DNA from: Chiloscyllium plagiosum
Lineage: Eukaryota
Direction: 5' to 3'
Length of the DNA: 64,000 nt
Assembly: GCF_004010195.1 (NCBI RefSeq)
Contig: NC_057719.1
Coordinates: 16,697,532-16,761,531, forward strand
Position 1 is the first letter of the stretch, and every line of letters starts with the position of its first letter. A program made the position numbers and the translations under genes. This document shows positions 12,083 through 25,587 of this stretch, in pieces. The notes below the pieces were generated by a model that was not told where the DNA came from, did not search any database, and was given only the letters and a program-made list of their open reading frames with translations.

Positions 12083-13559
12083 GCGTGGAGGTACTGAGCT
12101 GTGGCTATCTGCTGTGTATCTCCAGGCAGCTTTTTGAGGTCACTCTGGTACATTTTGAAACTAAGTTGTGGCAGGCTGTCTGAAAGGAAACATTGCTTTG
12201 TTCCGCCTCTTCATGGACTTTCATTCCTTTGGGAGTGCACTGGTTAATCTCCCTGGAAGAATCACATAGTTGTTAGGCACTTTCGTAAACAAACGCCACA
12301 CAAGTATTTTTTCATTAGAGGGCACCCCTCCTGACAGTCAAGTTTCAATCACATTCCTTTGAGAGCAATTTGGCCCAGCATCCACACCGGGCTTTCGCTA
12401 TCCCCCCATCCTCAACCCCAGTTCTGGACATTTTTTTAACCTCTTTAGCTCGGATTTCCTGTGTCCACTCCTCATTATTGCTTACCTGAGGTCGGATCAG
12501 GCAGTGAAATTGAAGCTTCGTTTTTGTGTTTCTTTTTCATGTTGGTGCCAGTGATCTACATTTCACATGTATCTGCCATCTCAGCAAGTGAGTGTAGTTG
12601 TAAGTCACGTAGCACAAAAGTAAACCATTCGGTCCATCGCGCGTGTGATACTCTTTGAAAGAGCAGTCTGATTAAATTCTCCAGAGGCCGGCAGATAATG
12701 AAACTGCAAGAATATAAAGCCTGATGTTGTTGAAACATTGCTTCTCAGCTCCGGAAAGGTCCCATTTAAACAAAGAGAGAATAAAACACTTGGGTGATAC
12801 TTTAGAATTACAGTGTAATTGGGCAATGAGAAAGGAAAGAGATAATGCGGACTTAATGAGGCAATGTTACAATAAGGTGTCAAATCTGCAATGATTTTTG
12901 AACCGCGGTTCCTACAGATCTAGGGAAAGGTTCCAACTCTGAACCGCCCAGGGACTGCTAAGTTTATGAACTGTGCGAATACTTAGACTGCAGCAGGCGT
13001 GTGGGAGGTCAGTGAGTGGCATTCTCGAGGGACGAATACCTGCTCCAGATCTGAGAGTGGCTGACAGCTGCACAGATGAATGGTCCCACTGGGCCCCTTC
13101 AGGGGTTTTGGACTGAAAAGGTCCCGGCCCTAGAGCACGGAATACACTGATCTCAACTGCTGGGATTAAGAGAAGCTCGAGAGATAGATTGTGATAAAAA
13201 CCAGCTGTAGTCCCCCTACTGCAGAAAGGAAGTGGGGGGACATTCGTTGGTGGAGAGGTTGGTGATTACTTAAAGACAGCCAATTAGCTTTAGAACCCAC
13301 TCTTTCCAAAACAAACCATCATTAGAAAGCAATTTGTCAGAGGAATGAATGCAGTTGGTATTTGCCCATATGAATCTCTGGGTCAGTTCCTGCTCTTCTG
13401 TTGAGTGTTTGCGAGTTTATTCCATGGATGGAATTCGTGAAGGTTATGTGGTTATGACAGGAAGAAAGTGTAGTGGTGAAGATTTGATTACGAGAAGAAT
13501 AGGCTTTCTGTAGTGACTGTGCCATGTCATAAGGTGCGATGCGACTTGAGGAAGTAATA

Positions 13560-13692
13560 AGCCAAGGCCCCAGTGATATGGTCTAATTAATCTGTGCAGA
13601 GATGTTATGACACACCTCTGGAGTGGGCGGGATTGGAGCAGGCCATCTGGCTTAGAGTTAGGGACACTACAGCTGCACCACAAGATGCCCTT
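13560..13692 (-). mobile_element. Short tRNA-derived SINE-like repeat (second copy on + strand ~50208-50326)
   Basis: The reverse complement begins GGGCATCTTGTGGTGCAGCTGTAGTGTCCCT (A-box-like) and aligns by eye with 50208-50326. Confidence 0.5.
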
Positions 13693-15030
13693 CCAGTGGC
13701 TTATAACCACACTCACACTGTAAGGGGTGGGTGTGCTCTGCCTGATATGTCAGACAATTATCACAAAGTAATTGAGTGGATCTATGTAATAACACTGACT
13801 TGTTTTAAAAGTGATTTGTAAGAAACTATGGTTTCTGCCAAAATAGTGCAGTGGAGGGGAATTAAACCTGGCACATTGATTTGGCATTAATTCATTATTC
13901 ATTGGTATCCAATCAATGGGAATGATTCATAAATAACTTCTTTGTACCAGCTCCTCTCATACTTGTAGCGTAGCAGAAGTATTTTGCTCCTGGGTTTTCA
14001 GGTTCTATTTCACATTTATGTTGTGTGTGTTAGTGTCTGTAAACATGCTGACAGGTGTTAACTGAGGGTGTCAACTCATGCACTTTTTAAAAAATCAAGC
14101 TGAGTCTGCAGCCATTACTGGTTTAAAGAGTCACCACAACAAACATCATTCGTGATTCAACGCAGCAGCTCCCCCCTCCACTCCCATTAATAATTTATTC
14201 CATGTAGCACCACTGTATTTGCATAGCGACTAAAAGGAGATGTAGACGTTTGGGGGAGTTTGGGCCTTTCCCCTTGCACTGCCCAATAGCATCTGTTTGC
14301 TGATTTCTTCCTCGGATCACTTATGTAGACCACCAGATAGCAATGCCAATGTCATGAAGAATTGTGGTCACATTTTCTAATTGAGAACTGCTGCTTTGTG
14401 CTTAGGTCTCTTCCCTGCAATTGTCTTTCATTAATTAAGTGGGACTAGTACTGGGATAGGAGTGAGTGGATATATCCTTCAGGCTTCACCATTCAGACTG
14501 ATGGTTGTGCCACTCCAATATGTAGGGCTACGTGAGTCAGTGTGATGGTAACTGATGCCCTTAACCATTAAATGTGGAACAAGTAGCTCTGACCTTTCCA
14601 TGTTTTTAAGAATGCACAAGTCTGACTGCAGCCTTTGCAAACACCGATTTTAGCATGAATGTAACTCATTTGGATATGTTGATTCAGCTCCCTTACAAGC
14701 TCAGTGTCTCCTCTAGGCCACCATTCTTAAAGATCTCATAAGCCTTTTGAACAGAAATATTTGACACATAATGGTGACTGGGAAAAACACAGATGGTCAG
14801 AGGTGATTAACCCTCATCATTGTTACAGGCTGGTTCAGTGGGTGTTACTTCCCTTGGGTCAAATTCTGCTGCAGAAAATTAAGCACAGCATCTACCCTGC
14901 CACTTTAACACTGTATTTGGGGAGTGTTGGAATGTCCAATGTGCAGTCTTTGAGAGGGGGTGATGAGCTGAGACCTCAGCTGACGTCTCAAATGGATGTA
15001 AATTGTTCCCGTGTCACTGTTAGAAGAAGA

Positions 15031-15445
15031 GACCAAAAAACTGCAGATGCTGGAATCCAAAATAAACTGGCAGGCGGCTGGAAGAACACAGCAAGCCAAG
15101 CAGCATCATGAGGTGCACAAGTCAATGTTTCAGGTGTAACCCTTCTTCAGGACTGGGGGTTGGTGTGAGGGGAGCTACAGATAACGGGGGTGGCAGGGAC
15201 AGGGTGGTGTCCCTTCCACTGCTCCCTGCCACCAACCAGATTCATTCCTCCCATTGACCAACCAGATCATGCGCTGTACCTGTCTCCACCTATCCCCACC
15301 ACCACCCTGCCCTCCACCACTGTCTTTATCTGCAGCTCCCCCCACACCAACCCCCAGTCCTGAAGAAGGGTTACACCTGAAACATCGACTTGTGCACCTC
15401 ATGATGCTGCTTGGCTTGTTTTGTTCTTCCAGCCTGCTGCTTAAC
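15031..15445. mobile_element. Fold-back Penelope-like terminal repeat (inverted arms ~15071-15209 / ~15300-15440) with a hammerhead motif in each arm
   Basis: The arms are reverse complements over ~135 bp. The + strand motif at 15356-15390 is AGTC-CTGAAGA-A-GGGT-TAC-ACCT-GAAACATC-GACT, with a perfect 4-bp stem I. Confidence 0.85.
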
Positions 15446-16337
15446 TATTTGAAGAACAGCAGGGAAACTTTCACCAGTGTATCAACCAACATCTATCCCA
15501 TGATCAGTATTGCTCATAACAGATTATCTGGACATTGTCACGTGGCCCTTTGTGGTGATTAAGCAGTGATTAAACCTCACAGATACATAGTTGTCTGGAG
15601 AGGTCAGATTATTAAAGGTGCCAAGCAAATACAAACTTTCTTTCCTACCTTTTGGTAACTTCAAAAGCAGGATTATTGCAGAGAGTAACGTCTGTGTTAA
15701 AGGAACATCAACAACATTATCACGTTTAACAGGCAATTCCTGTCATTTTAGCGACATTATAAATCTGGTCATAACACACGAGAGCATTATGCTGCTCTGA
15801 CAAATCAGACAACACAACAAGCGAGAAGTAGTCCAATGCAGAATGAACTTGAGAGGCTGAAAGGTCTACCCCTCCTCAGATATTCCCCCACTGTATTTTC
15901 CTTTGAAATTACTAAAGACCCATTTAAAAACCCATTCAAAGACCAATATATACATTTAAAAGGTCCCATGCTTTTATTTGCCAGCTCCTGCTGCCCTTTG
16001 TCCAATCTCTATAACCAATACCTATTGGGATAGATCATGTATGCTGCCACCACAACTGCAGGGGGCACGTTCACTGCCCATCCCATCATAGTACCTGAGA
16101 TGTCTCGGTGATGCATCAGAAGCTTAGGAGCAATAACATAAGGAATTTTAAAATGTTCAAAGTGAATTCAGTGCCTGGGATCTAACTGCCCCAATCCAAA
16201 CATTGTTCCACCCTGCTCCTTCCCCATCAGTGGCACTACACATGCACATTTGGGTGGCCTGCTGTAAGTGCCCAACACTGACATCTGTGGAACCAACCTC
16301 CTCTGCCAGTAAATGGTATGAGATAATCTGATTTGTG

Positions 16338-17550
16338 CTAAGAACATAGGGATAGGAGTAGGCCATTCAGCCCATCAAAAAAGGTCTCTTTTTCCACCTT
16401 GTATTTGCTTCTTTTACATAGCACTTCAAAATCATGTCTTTTACTTCTCGATCTTTTTATGAACAGTAATAGTTTCTGATCCAATCTGTTCAGATCCTTC
16501 AAGGTTTTGAAAACTTGTATCAAATCTCCCCTCTGCCTTCACCTCTCTAAGAGACCAGTCCCAACTGCTCCAGTCTTTCCTCTCAATTGAAGTGTCTTAA
16601 CCCTGGAACTATTCTCAAATGCCTCTTCTACATTCTCTGCAATGCATTCATGTCCTTCCTAAAGTATGATGCCCAGAACTGTCCACAGCACAGCCCTGGA
16701 GTCTAACCAGTTTCTGATATAAGTTCATAACATCCGTGCTCACTTATTTTATACCCCAATGAATGAAGCCTAGCATACTGTGCGTTTTATTAATCAGACA
16801 CTCAATCTCTCCTGCTGCCTTTAATGACTTATTGTATATTTCCACCCAGTCTCTCAGCTCCTGTACCCCCTTTAGAATAGTACTCTTTATTTTATACTGT
16901 CACTCCAAATTCTTTGTGCCACAGAAGGAAAAGGCAGCGGAGTTTTGGACAGGCTTGAGCTTAGGGAGGGACGGAGAGGGTTGGGAGTCTATCAGTATGA
17001 TAGAAAAATCAAAGCTCAGGGTGATAGGGAGGCAAGTACGTGTATGGAATGAGCTGCCAGAAGAAGTGGTGGAGGCTGGTACAGTTGCAACATTTAAGAG
17101 GCATTTGGATGGGTATATGACTAGGAAGGGTTTGGAGGGATATGGGCCGGGTGCTGGCAGGTGGGACTAGATTGGGTTGGGATATCTGGTCGGCATGGAC
17201 AGGTTGGACCAAAGGGTCTGTTTCCATGCTGTATATCTCTATGACTCTATAGCATATCACCTCACATTTCTGTGTTTTGAACTTAATTGCCACCCCTATC
17301 CACCAACTCCACCAACTTGCCAATATCTGCCTGAAATGTTACACTGTCCTCCTCACAATCCTCCCAAGTTTTGTGTTGCCTGTAAACTTTGAAATTGTCC
17401 TCTGCCACTGAGACCTGGATTATTTATCAGAAAAACAAGGATCCCAAGGCTGATCCTTGGAGAACTCCACTGCCAACCTTACTCCAGCCCACAAGAATAG
17501 TTACTAATCCATTACCCTGTGTTACCTATCACTCACTCAGCCAATTTTAT
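16338..17550 (-). mobile_element. Old degenerate CR1-type LINE fragment, interrupted by younger inserts
   Basis: Minus-strand CR1-like tail at 16340-16380. ORF 16338-16523 (IQVFKTLKDLNRLD...RSKRHDF). RT-region remnants around 17440-17470. Confidence 0.6.
17036..17250 (+). mobile_element. Young CR1 (HER1-like) 3' end nested in the older LINE
   Basis: Encodes VRVWNELPEEVVEAGTVATFKRHLDGYM...GAGRWD*. Nearly identical to the reverse complement of 6264-6472. Confidence 0.9.
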
Positions 17551-17874
17551 GTGCCTAGTAGCCTGTATAGGAAGTCTATTCTATCTACTGAAGATATTCT
17601 TTTTCTCCTTACAGCAGTCAAGCACCAGTGATCTGAAAGTAGGCCGTAAGCCTTACCCAATGCAAAACAAGTCAGACTCGCAGCATTCGTCACCACTGCC
17701 ACCATCATTTCAGGAACCTACACAAAACGTGAGTAATGTTCAAATGGGGGTTGTAATTGATCTTTGCTGCAATCCCAGGTCAAATATGAAATTTACTTCC
17801 TTGTTCTGCACCAACTTCACGTTAGACCAGTGATCAGAGTCTTAACTGTATGAAAGTGTCCTTAACGCCATTAA

Positions 17875-18945
17875 GGTCTGGGACAATGTGCGCATGATCC
17901 CCACTCTGTTCTGGAACAGTGTGTATGTAATCCCCACTGTGCTCTGGGACAGTGTGCGCATGATCATCACTGTGCTCTGAAACTGTGTGCATGTGATCAC
18001 CCTGGTGCTCTTGGACAGGATACACGTGATCCCTGCTGTGCTATGGGACAGTGTGTTTGTGGTTATTTCTGTGATCTGGGCCGGTGTGCACATGATCATC
18101 ATTGCGTTTTGGTATAGTGTGCACATGATCCCCACTGTGCTCTAGGACAGTGTGTATGTGATCCCCACTGTGCTCTGGGCCAGTGTGCACATGATCACCA
18201 CTATGCTCTGGGACAGTGTATGCGTCATCCCCACTGTGCTCTGGAACAATGTATGTGTGATCACCACTGTGCACTGGGACAGTGTGTGCATGATTCCCAC
18301 TATGCTCTGGGACAGTGTGTGCATGATTTCCACTGTGCTCTGGGACAGTGTGTGCATGATTCCCACTATGCTCTGGGACAGTGTGTGTGTGATCTCCACT
18401 GTGCTCTGGGACAATGTGTGCATGATTCCCACTATGCTCTGGGATAGTGTGTGCATGATCTCCACTGTGCTCTGGTACAGTGTATGCTTGATCATCACAG
18501 TGCTATGGAACAGTGTTTGCATGATCCCCAATGTGCTCTGGAACAGTGTGTGTGTGATCATCACTGTGCTTTGGGACAGCATCTTAATGATCCCCACTGT
18601 GCTCTGGGACAGTGTGTCTGATCATAGCGGTATTCTGGGACAGTGTGTGCGTGATCCCCACTGTGCACTGGGACAGTGTGTGCGTGATTCCCACTGTGCA
18701 CTGGGACAGTGTGTGCGTGATCCCCACTGTGCTCTGGGACAATATGTGTTTGATTCTCCCACTGTGCTCTGGGCTTGTGTGCCCACAATCCCCACTGTGC
18801 TCTGTGACAGTGCGTGCACGATCCCCACTGTGCTCTATGACAATGTGTGCATGATCCCCACTGTGCTCTGGGACAGTGCATGCACGATTCCCACTGTGCT
18901 CTGGGACTGTGTGTACATGATCACTCTGGCACTTAGTGACAGTGT
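17875..18945. repeat. 33-bp minisatellite, about 32 units, consensus ATGATCCCCACTGTGCTCTGGGACAGTGTGTGC
   Basis: The unit is directly visible and produces 11-aa periodic ORFs in several frames. Confidence 0.95.
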
Positions 18946-19844
18946 ATGATAGATTGAAAAGCACTCAAAGTGTTTGGTAATTTATAGTGACAGAAAGGGG
19001 AATCTGTTAGAGCACTGGCTTAGCCAGAGTGCCCTCCAGTTGCATGCTGGCAAAAACAATCGACAAAGTTTGTATGTATTAAAAGATTATTGCAGCTAAC
19101 GAAACATGAGAAAACAATATCGAGTGAGAGCTCGATGAATCTCCAACAAAATCTTCAGCCAAGTGGATAATTTGAACAGCAGAGCTCTCGAGGCCAGGTT
19201 TTCAATTGTTTTTCCACAGGTCTGGGCTCATTAAGCTGTGTCCTTTACGCACGATTGCAATGAGAAATACATAATCCTATCAAGCACAGCATTATTCTGA
19301 ACCTAATTGCACTCATACAGACACAGTTTCATCACTAATAACCTATGTGGCTCAACAGTGGCATGAATAATGACACAAGGGTTTGTGAATCTGTGATAAC
19401 CGCAAGGTTATTTGTCTAAATTAGACCATTCATATTCATTTAAGGCTGGTATACGTGGAGTTAAGTGCGTTGCTTTTTGTATAATTGGCAGCAAAATCCA
19501 GGGTGATAGATGCCAGCTGGGATCTCGAAGCAGCAACAAACTGGATGTGCTCAGAGGGATTTAGTTGGAGTATATTGGAATTTGGAATGAGCATGTTATT
19601 TGCTTTTGTGCAGCATACTCTGAACATAGACCGTGTAAAAGGAAAAGAAAGAAAACCACTTTCAGGCTGCCCTGTTTTGCTGTTTCATATTGTTACACCG
19701 AGGACTATTAGATCATCCTGGCTGTGTTAGAGGGGATTGTAAGTTGTAACTGCTTTGATTGAAGAGCTGTTGCTACAGCCCCTCGTTCCTGAAATTGATT
19801 CCATCGTGAAATAATGAATATCGTGATTGCATTTTTTTTAAAGA

Positions 19845-20235
19845 AGGAGTTGCTTTTGTGTGGTGCCTTTCCCAAATCACAAAGCGCTTTCCCGCTAATG
19901 GATTACTTTTTTTGAAGTATATTCACTGTGGTAATGCACAAATGGCAATAGCTCATTTGTGAACAGGAAGCTCCCACAGACAGCAGTGTTGAAATACCCA
20001 GATAATCTGTTTTAATCATTTTGATCCCCGAACTGTTTAAAAATAGCGGTGTGAGGCCTTTCCCATCTACTGAGGGGGTCAAACAGGGCTTTTGTCACAT
20101 CCAAAAGACAGCACCTCCCATAGTCCTGTGCACTACTGAGGGAATGCTGCATTGTTGGACTGAAGTTTGTGTTTAACTCTCTCTGCAGTGGGTCATAAAT
20201 CTATAGCCATCTGACTCCGTATGCTACTCTGACAT
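19845..20235 (-). mobile_element. Degenerate Deu-domain SINE-like repeat
   Basis: The reverse complement resembles the 30190-30600 copy (AAAAGACAGCACCTCC; AAGCTCCCACAGACAGCAG; CAGATAATCTGTTTT). Confidence 0.55.
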
Positions 20236-20654
20236 TTACATGTGAAACCTAACACTATCTTAGCCCAACATTGCTCTCATAGGTAAGGCTTCAGTCCTGG
20301 ACTATGTTTCCTGACGCTCTGCATTTAGAGCTGATGTGGGGGCTTTCAAATGAGTTTAGTTTTCTCCAAGGATAATGAATTTCAGTAACTTCTAATTACC
20401 AGAGGCTCTGCAACAAACAAAACAGCAAGGAACAGACAAAAGCGACAAGATTAGCAAATCCGACCACACTTTCTGCTCAAGTTGTAAGCGCTGTCTTCAC
20501 TAAGATGTATATCCATATTTTAATCTTCCCAATAGCACTAACCTTTGTTGAAGAGATGCAGAGGAATGCCCTGGTGGACATAATGGTTCTTAAGTTTTTA
20601 CTCCCTCACTCTAAGTAAGCAAATGGCCTCAGCTTGAAGTCTTCCTGTTATAGC

Positions 20655-23600
20655 ATAGAACCTGGAATGGTATCGCACAGGAACAGGCTTTTCAGCTCAC
20701 CATGTCTGTACTAACCGTGATGTTATTCTAAACTAATCCCAACTGCCTGCCCATGGTTCATATTACTCTATTCCTGCCGGTTCACCTGTCTGTCTCAATA
20801 TCTTTTCAATGTTGCTAACATATCTGTTTCTACCACTTCCCCTGGCAGTTCCAGGCACTAACTACCCTAAAATAAAATACTTGCCCCACACATCTCCTTT
20901 ACACTTGACCCCTCTCACTTTAAACCGATGCCCCCTAGTATGTGACATTTTCACCCTGGGGAGAAAAGATTCTGACTATCCACACAATCCGTGCCTTCAT
21001 AATTTGATATACTTGTATCAGGTCATCCCTCATCCTCCGACTCTCGCTCTAGCAAAAACAATCAAAATCTGTCCAACCACTCCAATTCAGGCAACATCCT
21101 ATAAACCCCTTTGCACCCTCTCCAAAGCCTCCAGTTCCTTCTTGTAGTGTGGTGACCAGGATTGCCCACAGTATTCCAAATGTGGCCTAAATAAGGTATT
21201 ATACAGCTAGAACATGACTTGCCAACATTTATACTCGGTGCCTCGACTGATTATGGTAAGTGAACCATATGCCTTCTTTACCACCTTATCCACCTATGTT
21301 GCCACTTTCAGGGAGCTGTGAACTTGCACACCACGATTCCTCTGTCGATCAGTGGTCCTACGGGTCTGGCCGTTTACCATAGACTTTCTTGTTGCATTTG
21401 ACCTCTCAAAAAGCATCACCTCACTCTTGTCCAGATTAAACTTATTCTGACATTTGTCTGCCCAGTTTCCAACTGATCTGTATCCTGCTGTATCTTTTGA
21501 AACCTTCCTCACTAACCATAACTCCACCAGTTTTTAAGTTGCCTGCAAACTTACTAAACAGACCATCTATATTTTCATCAATTCTTTTATATAGGGGTCA
21601 CATCACTGATTCTTAGGGAACACAACTGTTCACAGGCCTCCAGTCAGACAAAACGCCTTCCCACAACTACCCTCTGTCTCCAAGACCAAGCCAACTTTGT
21701 ATTCAACTTACCAGCTCACCATGGATACATGTTACTTAATCTTCTGGACCAGCCTACTATGTAAAGTTCATTTAGACAATATCCATAGCCCTACACTTAT
21801 CAATCATCTTCATTACTTCCTGAAAAAGCTCAATCAAATTTATGAGACAAGACCCTTCCACAAAGCCATGCTGATTGTCCCTAACAACTCCATTCTTTTT
21901 CAAATGCGAGTAAATCCTGTCCCTAAGAATCTTCTCCAATAATGTCCCTATCAATTATGTAAAGCTCACCAGTCAATAATTTCCTGCATTATTCCCCTGT
22001 TGCCATTCTTGAACAAAGGAACACAAGCTAATTCTCAGTGTTCTGGGGCCTTGTCTGTGGCTAAAGAGGATATAAGATCCTTGTCAAGGCTCTAGAAATC
22101 TCCTGTCTTCCCTCCTTCAGTATCCTGGGATAGATCCCATCAGGCCCTGGGCACTTACCTACCTTAATGAATTTCAAGACACCCAACCTCCTTCTTCATA
22201 TCAACATTTCCTAGAATATCAATATACCCCTCTCTAATCTTACTATCATTCATGTCCTTCTCTATGGTGAATACTGAGACAAACTAGTTGTTAAGGACCT
22301 CACACACTTCCTCTCGCTCCATGCTTAAATTCCCTCCTTTGTCCTTGAGTGGACCTACCTTTTCCTGAGCTACTCTCTTGCTCCTAATATATGTATAAAA
22401 TGCTTTGGAATTCTCCTTACTCCTACTTGCCAAGGATATTTCATGGACACCTTTAGCCCTCCTAATTCCATGTCTGAGTTCTTTCCTGCTTCCTTATGTT
22501 CCTCAGGGACCTTATCTGATTTCACTTTCCAAAATCTTACATATGCTTCCATTTTTGACTAAACTTTCAATGTCTTTTGTCATCCAAAGTTCCTGGATCT
22601 TACCATCCTTACCTTTCATCCTCACAGGAACATGCTGGTCCTGAACTCTGATCAACTGGCCTTTAAAAGACTCCCACATGTCAGATGTGCATTTACCCTC
22701 AAACAGCCACGCCCAATCTAATTCTCCAGTTCCTCTCTGGTACTTGCTTCCAATTTAGCACTTTCACCCGAGGACCAATCTTCTCCTTATCCATAACTAT
22801 TTTCAATCTAGCAGAATTAAGATCTGGCAAAATGCTCCTCCATCGAACCTTTGATCACCTGGCCTAGTTCATTCTCCAGTACAAGGTTCTAGTATGGCCC
22901 CTTCCCTAGTTGTACAATCTGCAAATTGTTTCAAGAAACCCTCCTGGATGCACCTAACACATTCTGTCCCATCTAAGTCCCTGACACTGAAGGAATCCCA
23001 GTCAATATTAGGGAAGTTAAAATCACCCACGAGAGAAACCCCGGTTGTATTTAATCTTTCCATGATCTGCTTACTCTATCTCCTGCTGGCTATTGGGAAG
23101 CCTATAGCATAACCTCAAAATAGTGATTGCTCATTTCATATTTCTGAGTTCTATCTATATGGCCTCGCTGGGTGAGCCCTCCAAGATGTTTTTGCTTAGT
23201 GCGACTATGACATTCTCCTTAATCAGTCACACAACTCCCCAGCCCTTTTACACTCCTCTCTATCACACCTAAAACATCTGAACCCTGCCAGTCCTATCCA
23301 TCTCTCATTCAGAGGTTGGAGAGAATGGCTGCCACATTGAAATCCCATGTACTAATCCAGGCTCTCAGCTCATCTATCTTATCTTGCATTAAAATAAATA
23401 CACTTCAGACCATCAGTCCTGCCTGTTCTTCCTATTAGACATACTTGATTTAACCTTTACATTCTCAATCACTCTACATGCTGGCCTACTACTCTGCTTC
23501 CCACCCCTCTGCCACACTAGTTTAAACCCACCCAAGTGACCTTAGTAAACCTCCCTAACAGGGTATTGGTGCCCCTCCATTTTAAGTGCAACCTGTCCTT

Positions 23601-24200
23601 CTTGTACAGGTCCTTCCTGCCCTGGAATAGATCCCAATGGGCCAGATATCTGACGCCCACTCTCCTATGCCAGCTCTTTAGCCACACATTCAACCGTATT
23701 ATCTTACTTTTGGCCCGGGCTTTTAATGAAGGGCTTTTGCCCGAAACATAGATTTTCCTGCTCCTCGGATGCTGCCTGACCTGCTGTGCTTTACCAGCAT
23801 CACTCTGATCTAAACCCCCCTTACTTTTGGCCCCACTAGCACATGATTCGGGGAGTAATCCCGAGATTACAACCTTAAATATCCTTCTTATCTAACTCCC
23901 TTTGCAGGACCTCATCTCTCTTTCTGCTTATGCTGTTAGTACCAATATGGACCACAATCTCTGGTTGCTCGCCTTTCAGTATATCCTGTGCCCGTGCTGA
24001 GATACACTTGGCATTCCTGGAGTCTGGCTTGAGTTCCTACCACTCTCTTACGCTTTGACCCTCCCTGCTGTACAACAATGCGAGCCGTGGTGCTACTGAT
24101 CTGGATGCTGCTGATGCTTTCCCTTATGAGGCACCCCACCCCTCAACAGTATCATGCTTGAGAGGGGATAGGCCACAAGGGCACCTCTACTGTCTTCCTG
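20655..24200 (-). mobile_element. Long degenerate CR1 LINE retaining ORF1 esterase, endonuclease, RT and 3' tail remnants
   Basis: PEIVVHIGTN (SGNH-esterase-like ORF1) near 23930-23965; GDFNFPNIDW in ORF 22869-23063; LLEKILRDRIYSHL..NQHGF in ORF 21772-21954; tail at 20655-20760. Confidence 0.85.
23717..23819 (+). mobile_element. Short PLE terminal-repeat insertion inside the CR1; perfect 14-bp TSD
   Basis: CTTACTTTTGGCCC at 23703-23716 and 23820-23833. Contains ATGAAGGGCTTTTGCCCGAAAC and GATGCTGCCTGACCTGCTGTGC. Confidence 0.8.
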
Positions 24201-24734
24201 CCCACTTCTGCTTGATCCCTCATCCAGAAACTATGACCTGGAGTTTTCGACTCCCCAGTCAATGGATACAGATTCCCAGTATCCAACCTATGAAGCACAC
24301 GAAGTGTTTTATATGTTTCAATTAGATCACCTCAATGTTTCTGAAGTCCAGATAGAGTGGCAAGAGGCAGCTGCATCTCGGGAGGGCAAATTGGGCCAGG
24401 CCAATTGTTGAACCCCAGATATCCAAATCCCAGGCTTAGAGTCATTAGCATAAGGGCAAATGTTCCATTCTGCTGCAATTAAGAAGGAGGAACAGAGCCC
24501 CAGAAATGTTTGGACATACTTTGTTACTAAACAGTCATGGCTCCCATGGTGCCAGTTTGCTTCTAATGTAATAAAACATCTTAAGGAGAGATCTCCCTTC
24601 ATAGAAGTGTAATTAAATGAAATTGGATACTGACCACACAAGGAGATATTAGAAAAAGCAAATACCAAGAATGCTGAAAATCTGTAATTAAAACACAAAA
24701 GGAGTGTGCTGTGATGATGGATTCATAAGATTAA

Positions 24735-25077
24735 GGGTGCTACGGTGGCTCTGGGGCTAGCACTGTTGCCTCACAGAACCTGGATCCCGGGTTTGATTCC
24801 AGCCTTGGGTGACTGTGTGGAATTTGCACATTCTGCCCATGTCTGTGTGGGCTTCCTCCAACTACTCTAAATTCCTTTTGCAGTTCAAAGACGTACAGGA
24901 TAAAGGTGGATCGGCCATGTTAAATTGCCACATAGTATTCAGGGGGATACAGGTGGCTTCGCCATGGTAAATTTGGGATTATGGTGATAGGGGTCTGAGT
25001 GGATGCTCTTCAGAGAGTCAGTGCAGACTCGAGGGGCTGAATGGCCTCTTCCTGCATGGTAGGGATTCTATGATTCT
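24735..25077 (+). mobile_element. HE1-like tRNA-derived V-SINE, full length
   Basis: A/B-box head (GGTGGCTC...GGGTTTGATTCC), V-domain TGTGTGGAATTTGCACATTCT, and CR1-like tail GGGCTGAATGGCCTCTT...ATTCTATGATTCT. Confidence 0.85.
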
Positions 25078-25587
25078 GAATCTTGAAATACTTAGACATA
25101 ATTAATTTTTGGTCAAGATGTTTTCCTGTAAGACAAAGCCTGCAAAGCCTGGCTGCTAATGTTACTTGTAAAAGTGGAATTCAGTTATGATTGTAAGTTA
25201 CTACTGTGTGAACCCCTGGAATGCTATACCTTTTGTGTTGACAAGGCAACTTGAAAGAGAGAGATTTCAAAAGGCAAAGGTGCAAGTGTGGACCAAAGCG
25301 TTGTAAATGTCACATTGTAAATGTTGAGGATAGACACTAGGCATCCCTGCTCATCCATTGGAAAGAACAGAGACTCTCTGTCTCTGAGTGCTGAAAGCTG
25401 ATCAGCAAGGAAAGGATGCAGGCCAAAAGAATTTTAGCTTACCTGCAAAGCCAAGAATCAATGCCCAATTGTGAACATCAACATTCTTGGTATCACCCAA
25501 CATAACAGTTGTAAATGTCCACTATCTCTTCTCCAACATGCTGAAGACAGATTTGTGCACCTTTCAACTTCTGTCCTTTCCTCAGCT

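Noticed and set aside
12993..13116. GC-richer open stretch as a possible upstream exon
   Set aside because: No pyrimidine tract, no strong donor and no recognisable peptide.
17834..18964. Repetitive ORFs up to 265 aa, and a CRISPR-like appearance of the 33-bp repeat
   Set aside because: The units are contiguous with no unique spacers and there are no cas genes. The ORFs result from a unit length divisible by 3, appear on both strands and lack splice support.
24735..24810. tRNA-like A/B boxes here and at 31729 and 27400-27462
   Set aside because: These are SINE heads continuous with V-domain and LINE-derived tails, not cloverleaf tRNA genes.
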